DNA of 64,000 nucleotides from Candidatus Limnocylindrus sp. (lineage in GTDB: Bacteria; Chloroflexota; Limnocylindria; Limnocylindrales; Limnocylindraceae): assembly GCA_040397175.1 (NCBI GenBank), contig JBBAWM010000001.1, positions 313,976 to 377,975 of the forward strand, read 5' to 3'. A model generated the notes under the pieces. That model searched no databases, had not been told where the DNA came from, and worked only from the letters and a program-made list of their open reading frames with translations. This document shows, piece by piece, positions 9,488 through 18,175 of the stretch (position 1 is the stretch's first letter; each line of letters starts with the position of its first letter). The translations under genes and the position numbers were made by a program.

Positions 9488-10519
9488 ATGAACGTGCAAC
9501 TCGGTACCGCCATCGCCGCCCCTGGGAGTCGCGCCACCGGCTGGCTCGCCGTAGAGACGGCGCCTGGCGAGCGGACGCAGATCCCTGTGGTCGTGATCAA
9601 CGGCGGCCAGCCAGGCCCACGTCTCGCCATCACCGCGGGCATTCATGGCGGCGAGTACACCGGTCCCGCAGCGCTGCGCTCGCTCCTTCTCTCGACCGAG
9701 GCTGGCGACCCAGCAACGCTCAGCAACCTGAAGGGCTCGATCATCGCCACACTGGCCACGAGCCCCGCAGCCTTCAAGGCGCGATCGATCTACGTGAACC
9801 CACAGGACGGCAAGAACCTGAACCGCGTCTATCCGGGCTCGGCAACAGGGAGTGCGAGCGAGCGGATCGCCCACGCTATCGCCACGCAGCTCATGACCGG
9901 CGCCGACGTCTACTTGGACCTGCACGCGGGCGACATCAACGAAGCGCTGTCGCCGTTCGTGGGGATCGAGCAGACGGGCGACGTTGCGCGCGATGCGCGT
10001 GCCGTGGCGCTCGGCCGCGCCGTTGGCGCCGAGTGGCTCCTGATTGGCGCCAGCCCTGGCACGACCACCTCAACCGCCGAACAGCTCGGCGCGATCGGCA
10101 TCCTCTGCGAGTTTGGTGGACAGGGGCACGTTGAACCTGAGTTTGTGGCGCGCCATGCCGCCGGCGTTCGCGGCGTGATCGCCGAGATGGGAATGGGCAG
10201 CTTTCCGCAGAGCCCCATCGAACGCGAGGTCGGTCCGCTCAAGCCTGGTGCCAGCACGCGCCTCAACAGCGAGTCGTGGCTGCGGGCTGAGATTCCTGCC
10301 GACGTCGCCGGCTACTGGCACCCGGCTGTGGCCGTGGGCTCTGTTGTAAAGAAGGGCGAAAAGCTCGGCGAGGTGCAGGGCGTCTTTGGCGACGTGTTGC
10401 GAACGCCAATGGCACCGATTGACGGCGTGGTGATCTTCTTGGTGACAACACTGGCAATGAACAACGGCGATCCACTCCTTGCGCTCGGCGGCGACCCCGA
10501 GGCCGGCGTGTGGCCGTAG
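9488..10519 (+). CDS. Succinylglutamate desuccinylase/aspartoacylase (M14) family hydrolase
   Basis: AGIHGGE, NLNRVYPG, LDLHAGD, and a C-terminal barrel-sandwich with APIDGVV. Confidence 0.88.
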   Translation: MNVQLGTAIAAPGSRATGWLAVETAPGERTQIPVVVINGGQPGPRLAITAGIHGGEYTGPAALRSLLLSTEAGDPATLSNLKGSIIATLATSPAAFKARSIYVNPQDGKNLNRVYPGSATGSASERIAHAIATQLMTGADVYLDLHAGDINEALSPFVGIEQTGDVARDARAVALGRAVGAEWLLIGASPGTTTSTAEQLGAIGILCEFGGQGHVEPEFVARHAAGVRGVIAEMGMGSFPQSPIEREVGPLKPGASTRLNSESWLRAEIPADVAGYWHPAVAVGSVVKKGEKLGEVQGVFGDVLRTPMAPIDGVVIFLVTTLAMNNGDPLLALGGDPEAGVWP

Positions 10520-11691
10520 CGCCAACGCATTCGCGCCTCGCCGCATTCAGCGCGGGCGGCCTCGACGTTGAGGTGCTCATGTGGGACATCCCGTACCTGG
10601 TGCCGTTTCGCATCGCGCGACCCGATCCGAACGAGGAGAGCTCGCGCACCGCGTTCGTGCACATCACCGACCGCGCCACCGGCCTTGAAGGGTGGGGCGA
10701 GGGATGCGCCGATCCGTATTACGGCGACACCCCAGAGACGATCGCCGCGGTTGCGCCACTCCTCTTCTCGGTCGCGCTCCCCGCTATTGAGGCGGCACTC
10801 GCCGAAGCGGGTGGGGCAACAGCCGGCAGCGGCTACGCAGCGGCCCGTGGTCTCGCCGGCATCAGCGGCCGCGCCGCCGACGCGCTCGCCCCAATGAGCG
10901 ATGCAATGGATATCGCCCTCGGTAATCACGGCGCCGCCAAGTCTGCGATTGAGCAGGCGCTGCAAGACCTACTCGCCAGATCGACGAACACCTCGCTGCG
11001 CCGCTGGCTTGGTGCGCCAGAGACGATGGGGCATACAAACCTCACGATTGGCATTGCACCGATCGACACCATGGTGGAACGCGCCGCCGCCGCAACGAAG
11101 TACCCAAGCTTGAAGCTAAAGGTTGGCTTGGGCGGCGAAGAGGAGCTGCTCCGTCGCGTGCGCGAGGTGTATCAGGGGCCACTACGCCTCGATGCAAACT
11201 GCGGATGGAGCTTGGAGCGCGCGCTGGAACTTCTTCCGCTCATTGAGCGCAGCAACGTGGAGCTGCTCGAGCAGCCGCTGCAGCCTGGCCGAATCACGAA
11301 CATGGCCGCACTCGCCGCCGCTACCGAGATCCCGGTGATCGCCGACGAAGACTGCATCGTGTACGACGACATCGAGCAGCTCGTTGGCCTGGTTGATGGT
11401 GTGAACCTGAAGCAGGTGAAGATCGGCGGCCTTGGGCCAGCACTGCATGGCTTCCGCAAGGCGGAGTCGCTTGGCCTGCGCCGCATGTTCGGCTCCATGG
11501 TCGAGACGAAACTCGGTACCGCAGGTGCCGCCGCCGTTGCAGGTGCCGCAGAGTTCCTCGACCTTGACGGGCCGATCGGCCTGGTGGGGGATCCGTTTAC
11601 GGGACTCGAACTCGACGAAGAGTGCCGCTGGATACTGAACGATGACCAGCCGGGGAGTGGCGTGACGTTTGCTCCCGCCGCGAACGGCTAG
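10510..11691 (+). CDS. Dipeptide epimerase (L-Ala-D/L-Glu epimerase-like), enolase superfamily
   Basis: PFRIAR, GWGE, LKLKVG, LDANCGW, LEQP, IADED, NLKQVKIGG, GSMVET, DLDG. Confidence 0.88.
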   Translation: MAVAPTHSRLAAFSAGGLDVEVLMWDIPYLVPFRIARPDPNEESSRTAFVHITDRATGLEGWGEGCADPYYGDTPETIAAVAPLLFSVALPAIEAALAEAGGATAGSGYAAARGLAGISGRAADALAPMSDAMDIALGNHGAAKSAIEQALQDLLARSTNTSLRRWLGAPETMGHTNLTIGIAPIDTMVERAAAATKYPSLKLKVGLGGEEELLRRVREVYQGPLRLDANCGWSLERALELLPLIERSNVELLEQPLQPGRITNMAALAAATEIPVIADEDCIVYDDIEQLVGLVDGVNLKQVKIGGLGPALHGFRKAESLGLRRMFGSMVETKLGTAGAAAVAGAAEFLDLDGPIGLVGDPFTGLELDEECRWILNDDQPGSGVTFAPAANG

Positions 11692-11694
11692 GGG

Positions 11695-11922
11695 TTAGGC
11701 GCGGATCTTCCGCCGGGCCATCTCGCCCTCGATCTGGCGCTCCGCCTCGACGTAGAGGTCGATCTCGTCGCGGAGCTTGTTCGCCTCGGGGGTGTAGAGG
11801 TGCACCTGTTGCTGCAGGATGTAGGAGAGGCGGCGCGAGGTCATGCGGGTGTGGTCGAGGTTCTTCATCAGGACCAGGGGGTCCATGGATGCCAGCTCGG
11901 TCCCGTCATATAAGGCCTTCAT
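11695..11922 (-). CDS. Small hypothetical helical protein (75 aa)
   Basis: Strong GC3 codon bias. TAGGAT lies 6 nt upstream of the ATG. Fills the gap between the epimerase and the tRNA. Confidence 0.75.
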   Translation of the reverse strand: MKALYDGTELASMDPLVLMKNLDHTRMTSRRLSYILQQQVHLYTPEANKLRDEIDLYVEAERQIEGEMARRKIRA

Positions 11923-11943
11923 GCCTCTATCCTACGGGAAGTT

Positions 11944-12020
11944 GGCCCCGTAGCTCAGTGGATTAGAGCAGCTGCCTTCTAAGCAGTTGGTCGCAGGTTC
12001 GACTCCTGCCGGGGCCGCCA
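11944..12020 (+). tRNA. tRNA-Arg (TCT)
   Basis: GGCCCCG/CGGGGCC acceptor stem, GCTGC-CTTCTAA-GCAGT arm, GGTTCGACTCC, CCA. Confidence 0.97.
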
Positions 12021-12252
12021 GCTCTCCCTCACCGTCGTGCCTCTCCCGCCCTAATCTTGTGCATCTGCACGAAAAGAACTCCCAGGATCGTGTCATTTTG
12101 CCTAGTTTTGGGGGTCTACGGCCCTGCGCCGTGGCGTAGGTTGAGCACGACACGCCGCTGGTCACGCAGGTGACCGCTCCAGGCAGCGCGGAGGTTGTCC
12201 GGAGGTGGGGTTCCGGTCGGCCGACCGTCCATTCGGCCTAGGGGAGGAAACC

Positions 12253-13689
12253 ATGGCAACGATTGCCTCGTACTTCCAGCTCAAGAAGCGTGGGACGACG
12301 GTTGGTACGGAGATCCGTGCTGGCATCACCACATTCCTGGTGATGGCGTACATCATCTTCGTGAACGCGAACACTGTTTCGCAGAGCAACGCCGCCCTTT
12401 CGGGGGTTCCAGGCGTCCCAGGCTTCCTGCCAGTTGCGGTTGCAACGGCGTTGGCTGCTGGCGTTCTGACAATTGCGATGGGACTCGTCGCAAACTATCC
12501 GTTCGCCCTTGCTGCAGGCCTCGGCTTGAATAGCACCGTGGCGTACGGACTCATCCTCGGCAAGGGACTGCCATGGGATCAGGCGATGGCTGTGATCTTC
12601 TGGGAGGGCGTGCTCATCACCGTTCTGGTGTTGACCGGCTTTCGCCAGGCGATCCTCGAAGCGATTCCACTTCAGTTAAAGCGCGCCATTGCGGTCGGCA
12701 TCGGCCTCTTCATCATGATCATCGGCCTCAACGAGGGCGGTATCGTGGTCAACGGACCAACGCCACTGACACTTGGTAGCCTCACGACCCCAGCAATCCT
12801 GACGTTCATCATCGGCTTGGTGATCGCACTAGTGCTGACGGCGCGCAAGGTGAAGGGCTCGCTGCTCTTCTCCATCGTTGGCGCAACGGTTGCAGCCGTG
12901 ATCTTGAACAATCTCTACGGTCAGGACATTGAGGGCCCAATCAATAGCGCGGGCTTCCTCGACGTTACGGCAAAGCTGCCGAGCGATCTTTCACAGTTGA
13001 TCTTCAACTTCAACGCCGAGAACTTCTCGACGATCGGTAAGCCGCTCGGCGCGATCTTCACGGTGTGGCAGAACGGCGTCGGCGTCCTCTCGGTCGCCCT
13101 CGCAGTCTTCACCTTGATGTTGAGCGACTTCTTTGACACCGCCGGCACGATGGTCGGCCTCGGCGAGCGCGCCGGGCTCACCAATAGCAAGGGTCAGCTC
13201 CCGGGCTCGGACAAGGTCCTGCTCGTCGACTCCCTCGCTGCTGCAGTCGGTGGTGCGTTCGGCGTCTCGTCGAACACGACCTACATTGAGTCCGCAGCGG
13301 GCATCGAAGAGGGCGGTCGTACCGGCCTCACGAGCGTCGTTACCGGACTGCTCTTCTTGGCTGCAATCGTGATTGCGCCAGTGACGGGCATTGTGCCAGC
13401 GCAGGCGACGGCTCCGGCCCTCGTTCTCGTTGGCTTCCTCATGTTCCAGGTAATCAAGGACATTGAGTGGAAGAACGTCGTTGACGGCTTCCCAATCCTT
13501 GTGACGATCGTCATGATGCCGTTCACCTACTCGATTACGACCGGTATCGGTCTCGGGTTTGTAACGTACGGCTTCTTGAAGGTGGTTACCGGTAGTGCCC
13601 GCGATGTGAAGCCACTGATGTGGGTTTCCATCGTTGGGTTCTTGCTCTACTTTGCCCTGCCGTATTTGCAGGCGACCCTCGGGTTCTAG
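12253..13689 (+). CDS. NCS2/AzgA-type purine (adenine/guanine/hypoxanthine) permease
   Basis: TEIRAGITTFLVMAYIIFVN, AAGLGLN, DFFDTAGT, TTYIESAAGIEEGGRTGLT, MPFTYSI. SD GGGGAGG before the ATG at 12253. Confidence 0.93.
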   Translation: MATIASYFQLKKRGTTVGTEIRAGITTFLVMAYIIFVNANTVSQSNAALSGVPGVPGFLPVAVATALAAGVLTIAMGLVANYPFALAAGLGLNSTVAYGLILGKGLPWDQAMAVIFWEGVLITVLVLTGFRQAILEAIPLQLKRAIAVGIGLFIMIIGLNEGGIVVNGPTPLTLGSLTTPAILTFIIGLVIALVLTARKVKGSLLFSIVGATVAAVILNNLYGQDIEGPINSAGFLDVTAKLPSDLSQLIFNFNAENFSTIGKPLGAIFTVWQNGVGVLSVALAVFTLMLSDFFDTAGTMVGLGERAGLTNSKGQLPGSDKVLLVDSLAAAVGGAFGVSSNTTYIESAAGIEEGGRTGLTSVVTGLLFLAAIVIAPVTGIVPAQATAPALVLVGFLMFQVIKDIEWKNVVDGFPILVTIVMMPFTYSITTGIGLGFVTYGFLKVVTGSARDVKPLMWVSIVGFLLYFALPYLQATLGF

Positions 13690-13725
13690 GTTGTAATTGA
13701 GAGGCCCGCGCGGCGGGTAAGCGAG

Positions 13726-13756
13726 GAGCCGGCCCCTTTGGGGGTCGGCTCTTTTG
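13726..13756 (+). terminator. Intrinsic terminator after the NCS2 permease
   Basis: GAGCCGGCCCC-TTTG-GGGGTCGGCTC hairpin followed by TTTTG. Confidence 0.8.
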
Positions 13757-13774
13757 TGTTGCTGGGAGAGCGAG

Positions 13775-15352
13775 TTACGCGATGTGCCCCGCTTCGCTTG
13801 GCGGCAGCGTGTAGCCGAGATCACGGAGGATCTGGCGGCTGGCGATGTACCCCGAGAGCATGACGAGTGGGATGCCGCCGCCTGGCTGCGTGCCGCCACC
13901 GGCGAAGTAGGCGTTGCGCAGATCACTGGAGCGGTTTGCAGGTCGGAAGTAGGCGCTCTGGAAGAAGCTTGCCGCAAGCGCAAAGATCGAGCCGTCGTGG
14001 CAGCGCTGCTCGTTCTCAAATTCGAGCGGCGTCCAATCGGCGACCTCTTCGATCTCTTCGGGCTTCAGGCCGGTGCGTTCGCAGACGCGCTTGATCGTGG
14101 CGGCGCGATATTCGTCGCGGTGCTCCACCCACCAGCTGCGATCTTTCAGTGGCGGCACCGGGGTCAGCACATAGAGGGCGCTGCGGCCGTCGAGCCTCGC
14201 GGTTGGATCGGTAGCGGCAACGTGCTGAATGTAGAGCGTTGGGTCGCCGCTCGGCACGGGTGAGTCAATGATGCGGTCGAGCTCCTCGTTCGGGTTCTCG
14301 GGGTGCCAAACGGTGTGGTGGGCGAGCTCGGGGAAGGTGCGCTTCACCCCCAGGTGCAGGATGTAGGCGCTCGACGACGGGGTGATGTGCCTGAAGCGGC
14401 GGCGGCTGAATAAGCCAAGGTGCTCGTCGCCGATCAGGTCGCGATGGGCATGCACGATGTCGGCGTTGAAGAGCACCGCATCGGCCTCAAGACGCTCCTC
14501 GCCCGGCTGGTTCGGTGCGGCTGGGCCGCTGCCGAGCGCGCGCGTGTCGCTGCGCGGGGCGACGCGCAGGGCGCTGATGCGCTTCTTGCTGATGATGCTG
14601 CCGATCGCATCGGTGCCGTAGCGGAACTCCACGCCGAGCCGTCGGGCGAGCCGCTCCATGGCGAGTGGTGCCTCATGCATGCCCCCCTGCGGATGCCAGG
14701 TGCCGAATCTCGCCTCGATGTACGGAATCGAAAGAAATGCGCCGGGCACGCTCTGTGGCGTTGAGCCCAAGTAGATGGACTTGTAGCGCATCACGTGGCG
14801 AATGCGCTCGTCGTGAAAGGTGCTGTTGATGCGGCGACTGTACGGCGTGGCGGCATCGAGACGAATCCCCGCGAGCCACGACATCGGCGCCAGCAGGCTG
14901 AGTGGGCTGAGCGACTGACGGAAGAAGGTCTGATCGAGTTCGCGCCAGAGCTTCTCGCCGCGACGCATGAAGGCGGGAATCCCCGCCGCATCGCGCGGAT
15001 CGAGCGCACCAAAACTTGCGGCGAGTTTGGCAAGGTCACTCGACGTTTCCAGCACGCTGCCGTCGGCGAAGAAGGTGCGCGATGCAGGCTCTACTTTGAG
15101 GAGCGTGAGATCTTCGCTGCGCTTCGCGCCAGCGGCGCTCCAGAGTTGATCGAAGAGCTCTGGAAGGGTGAAGATCGTGGGGCCGCTATCCCAGCGATAC
15201 GGGCCGATCTCGCGGCGGCCCATCTTGCCGCCGGGGCGTGTGCCGCGCTCGACCACGGTGACCTGCACCCCTTCGGCGGCGAGGCGAATGGCGGTGGCGA
15301 GCCCAGCGAGGCCGGCGCCCACAACAACGACGCGCTTCGGCGCGCCGCTCAT
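13775..15352 (-). CDS. CrtI/CrtD-family carotenoid desaturase
   Basis: VVVGAGLAG, DSGPTIF, HPQGGM, SSSAYILHLG, YFAGGGTQPGGGIPLVMLSG. Confidence 0.9.
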   Translation of the reverse strand: MSGAPKRVVVVGAGLAGLATAIRLAAEGVQVTVVERGTRPGGKMGRREIGPYRWDSGPTIFTLPELFDQLWSAAGAKRSEDLTLLKVEPASRTFFADGSVLETSSDLAKLAASFGALDPRDAAGIPAFMRRGEKLWRELDQTFFRQSLSPLSLLAPMSWLAGIRLDAATPYSRRINSTFHDERIRHVMRYKSIYLGSTPQSVPGAFLSIPYIEARFGTWHPQGGMHEAPLAMERLARRLGVEFRYGTDAIGSIISKKRISALRVAPRSDTRALGSGPAAPNQPGEERLEADAVLFNADIVHAHRDLIGDEHLGLFSRRRFRHITPSSSAYILHLGVKRTFPELAHHTVWHPENPNEELDRIIDSPVPSGDPTLYIQHVAATDPTARLDGRSALYVLTPVPPLKDRSWWVEHRDEYRAATIKRVCERTGLKPEEIEEVADWTPLEFENEQRCHDGSIFALAASFFQSAYFRPANRSSDLRNAYFAGGGTQPGGGIPLVMLSGYIASRQILRDLGYTLPPSEAGHIA

Positions 15353-16278
15353 CGGCGCTGCAGGGCGGCGCGACCGACCGAGACGCCGAGGGCGATCGCG
15401 CTGCCCGCCATCGCCAAGAGCCCGGCGGGGATCGCCGCATCAACGTTCACGCTCAGCAAGACGAGCATCGTGATGGCGGCTCCGAGGGCAACGTTGGTAA
15501 TCAAGAAGAGTCGATAGAGGCGACGCCCCGCCTCACCACGAGCGTCGCGGCCGATGAGGCAGAGGGCGAGGTAGGGGAGGGCGAGCAGCGCTGCTGCGGG
15601 TGTTGCCGTGATGGAGGCGACGCCGAGCCCCACGAGCGCGAACCAGGCGGCGGCAAAGAGCGCCGTGTTGCGACGGCCAAGGAGCACCGCAATGGTGCGC
15701 ACGCCAGCTGCGGCGTCTTCATCGCGATCGGTAATGGTGGTGAGCGCGTGGGCGCCAATCCCCCAGGCGGCGAAGACGAGCACCGGTGCGTCGATGAGGT
15801 TGGTGCTTCCTGCTGCATGCAGGCCCACCTGCAGCGGAATCGCGTAAAGCACGTTGGTGAGAGAGTCCAACACGGGTCGCCCCTTGAGACGCGTTGGCGG
15901 AGCGTTGTAGCCGGCGGAGAGGACGAGCAGAACTAGGAGCGAGACGAGCGTGAGCGGGGGGCAGGTCGCGGCCACATAGATGAGGAAGGGGGCGAGAAGG
16001 AGGGTGCTGATGATCGCGTGTCGCGCGAGGAGCGGCTTTGGTGTGAGCGCCCCCTCAACGCCGCCCTTCCGTGGATTGCGCGCGTCGGTCTCAAAGTCGA
16101 AATAGTCATTCGGCGCGTGCAAGAAATAGTTGTAGGGGAAGAGGAAGAAGGCGAAGAGCGCAACATCGCTTGCGACAAGGTGGCCGCGCAACCCGATTGC
16201 GCCCCACAGGAGTGGCATCGACGTATTCAGCCAAAGCAGTGGCCGCGAGATCTCAATCGCCTTCAGTAGGTTGCGCAT
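15349..16278 (-). CDS. UbiA-family prenyltransferase, lycopene elongase (CrtEb/LyeJ)-like
   Basis: ISRPLLWLNT, NDYFDFETDARNPRKGGVEG, YNAPPTRLKGRPVLDSL, DRDEDAAAGVRTIA. Translationally coupled to the desaturase. Confidence 0.8.
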   Translation of the reverse strand: MRNLLKAIEISRPLLWLNTSMPLLWGAIGLRGHLVASDVALFAFFLFPYNYFLHAPNDYFDFETDARNPRKGGVEGALTPKPLLARHAIISTLLLAPFLIYVAATCPPLTLVSLLVLLVLSAGYNAPPTRLKGRPVLDSLTNVLYAIPLQVGLHAAGSTNLIDAPVLVFAAWGIGAHALTTITDRDEDAAAGVRTIAVLLGRRNTALFAAAWFALVGLGVASITATPAAALLALPYLALCLIGRDARGEAGRRLYRLFLITNVALGAAITMLVLLSVNVDAAIPAGLLAMAGSAIALGVSVGRAALQRR

Positions 16279-16409
16279 GGGCCCTCCTTTGTTCTCCCCT
16301 CATCGTAGGGGAGGCGGCTACACTTGGTCTCTATGCCATGCACCGCCGCGCACGCAACACCGCAGCACCCTAGGTTGGGGCTGATCGCCACCGGCAAGGA
16401 GGCTGTGCG

Positions 16410-17120
16410 ATGACGCGCCGCCGCACACCCCACGAGGTGCTCGGCGTGGCGCTCAATGCAAGCGCCGATGAGATTCGCGCCGCGCGTCGACAGCTCGCCC
16501 GCGAGCATCACCCCGATCGATTTATGGATGACCCGACGAGTGCGGCCGCGGCAACCCGCGAGATGGCCCTCATCAATGCCGCCGCCGAAGCGCTTCTCGC
16601 CGAGGCATGGGCCTCCGACGGGGTCGCTGCGCCAGAGCCACCAGCCAAGGGTGGGCATAAGCCCGAACGGCCGGTCACGGCGAGCGTGGTCATCGATGAT
16701 GCCCCCGCGGCAAACATGCGCACCAGTCGGCCGGCGCCAATCAACTGGCGACCAGAACAACCGTGGGCGCCGCGTGCGCCGCGCGGCCCTGTCGGACCAC
16801 TCCCAGGATCGCCCGCCGGCCCGGTGGAGCGAAGCTTCGCGCCACTCCCCGACGACTACCGACGCCCAACCTTGAGCGAGGCCGCCGCAACGCTCTTCGC
16901 CTTTGGGCGCTACGAAGGCGCGACCGTTGGTGACGTTGCGCGGCGCGATCCGGGGTACCTGGTCTGGTGCGCCGATAACGTGCGGCGTGATCCGGAGCTG
17001 GTGCGCGCGGCGAATGTGGTGCTCGATGATCTAGAAGCTCGTGGCACTCCCCACCCGCCACGAGGGAGCACCAGGCGCCCAACCGCGCCGCTCTTCGATC
17101 CCAACAGGGAGTTGGAGTAG
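16410..17120 (+). CDS. J-domain protein with a Pro-rich linker and a C-terminal FGxY/DPGYLxW (DUF3820/ExoX-C-like) domain
   Basis: PHEVLGV...ARRQLAREHHPDR...MALINAA and FAFGRYEGATVGDVARRDPGYLVW. SD AAGGAGG. Confidence 0.8.
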   Translation: MTRRRTPHEVLGVALNASADEIRAARRQLAREHHPDRFMDDPTSAAAATREMALINAAAEALLAEAWASDGVAAPEPPAKGGHKPERPVTASVVIDDAPAANMRTSRPAPINWRPEQPWAPRAPRGPVGPLPGSPAGPVERSFAPLPDDYRRPTLSEAAATLFAFGRYEGATVGDVARRDPGYLVWCADNVRRDPELVRAANVVLDDLEARGTPHPPRGSTRRPTAPLFDPNRELE

Positions 17121-17125
17121 GCGTC

Positions 17126-17722
17126 ATGATGAGCCCAATGCGAACCCTGCTTGCTGCACTGCTCTTGGCCATCGCGGCTGGTGCCTGCGCGCCAGCAACG
17201 CCACCCGACGGCTCGCTGCCGTGCAATGAGACGATCGACCAACAGCGCGCCGCAGGTTTCGACACGTTGCTTGAGGCGGCCATTCCCGTGGCGAGTTGGG
17301 ATGCAACCCCTGTCACTGTGGATTCTGGACGCGAGTGCTCACCCGCGCGGCTCGGCCCGCTCTGGGGCGCCGGCATCCGTGAGTTGCGTTCCGCGGGAGC
17401 CATCTTCGAGCTCCCCGACAAGACGGGCTACACGCTAGTGGTCTACTCCGCGAGTGGGCTCACGCTCGCGAATCTCGCGTACGCCTTTGAACGCGGTGCG
17501 CGGGGCGGGCGCAAGACGCAGGGCTTGACGATCGTTGACGTTCGGGTTGGCAACTGGCCCGGAAAGCAGTTCACGTTGATCAACGGCGATCACCGCCAGG
17601 TGATCACGCTCTTTGATGCGGGCGAACCCAATCGCGTGCGCGCGCTGCTAACGTCGGATATCTCCAACGCGCTCATTGCCGATCGCCTCGCCGCGTATGC
17701 CGCGGCGCTGGCCACGCATTAA
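17126..17722 (+). CDS. Hypothetical lipoprotein
   Basis: Hydrophobic signal ending AAGAC. Starts 5 nt downstream of the J-domain gene. Confidence 0.7.
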   Translation: MMSPMRTLLAALLLAIAAGACAPATPPDGSLPCNETIDQQRAAGFDTLLEAAIPVASWDATPVTVDSGRECSPARLGPLWGAGIRELRSAGAIFELPDKTGYTLVVYSASGLTLANLAYAFERGARGGRKTQGLTIVDVRVGNWPGKQFTLINGDHRQVITLFDAGEPNRVRALLTSDISNALIADRLAAYAAALATH

Positions 17723-17725
17723 GGG

Positions 17726-18058
17726 CTAGGCGAGCTCCTTCAGCGCGAATCGCGTCTCTAGCTGTTCGGCAGTCTGGAAGCCAACGGCGCCAACTGGCTG
17801 TGCGCCCGCCCCCTTGAAGTAGGCGATCGTGGGGATCGACATAATGTTGAAGGCCTGCTGCAGGGCTGGGTTCTCATCAACGTTGACCTTGACGATCTCA
17901 ACCTTGCCGTCGTACTGCGCGGCGAGCTTTTCGAGCTCTGGGGCAACGAGCTTGCATGGGCCACACCACGGCGCCCAGAAGTCAACGATGACCGGGCGAC
18001 CCGACTCCATCACGTCCTTCTGGAATGCTGCATCACTCGTGTGCTTGATCTCCGCCAT
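17726..18058 (-). CDS. trxA: Thioredoxin
   Basis: VDFWAPWCGPCK, VNVDEN, SIPT. True start is MAEIKH at 18058 with SD GGGGG; the ORF track over-extends it. Confidence 0.95.
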   Translation of the reverse strand: MAEIKHTSDAAFQKDVMESGRPVIVDFWAPWCGPCKLVAPELEKLAAQYDGKVEIVKVNVDENPALQQAFNIMSIPTIAYFKGAGAQPVGAVGFQTAEQLETRFALKELA

Positions 18059-18175
18059 GGTTCCCCCTGTGCTCTCTCTGCGGCGGAACGGTCCCTCCGC
18101 CTTCACCGCCATCATAGCGACCACCCGTCGGGAGACCCTCCCGTATGGGGTGCGCGGGGCGGGTACGATGTACCC

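Noticed and set aside
8239-12020. Integrated element between tRNA-Glu and tRNA-Arg
   Set aside because: I found no integrase or transposase and no duplicated tRNA 3' end, and composition is similar to the flanks.
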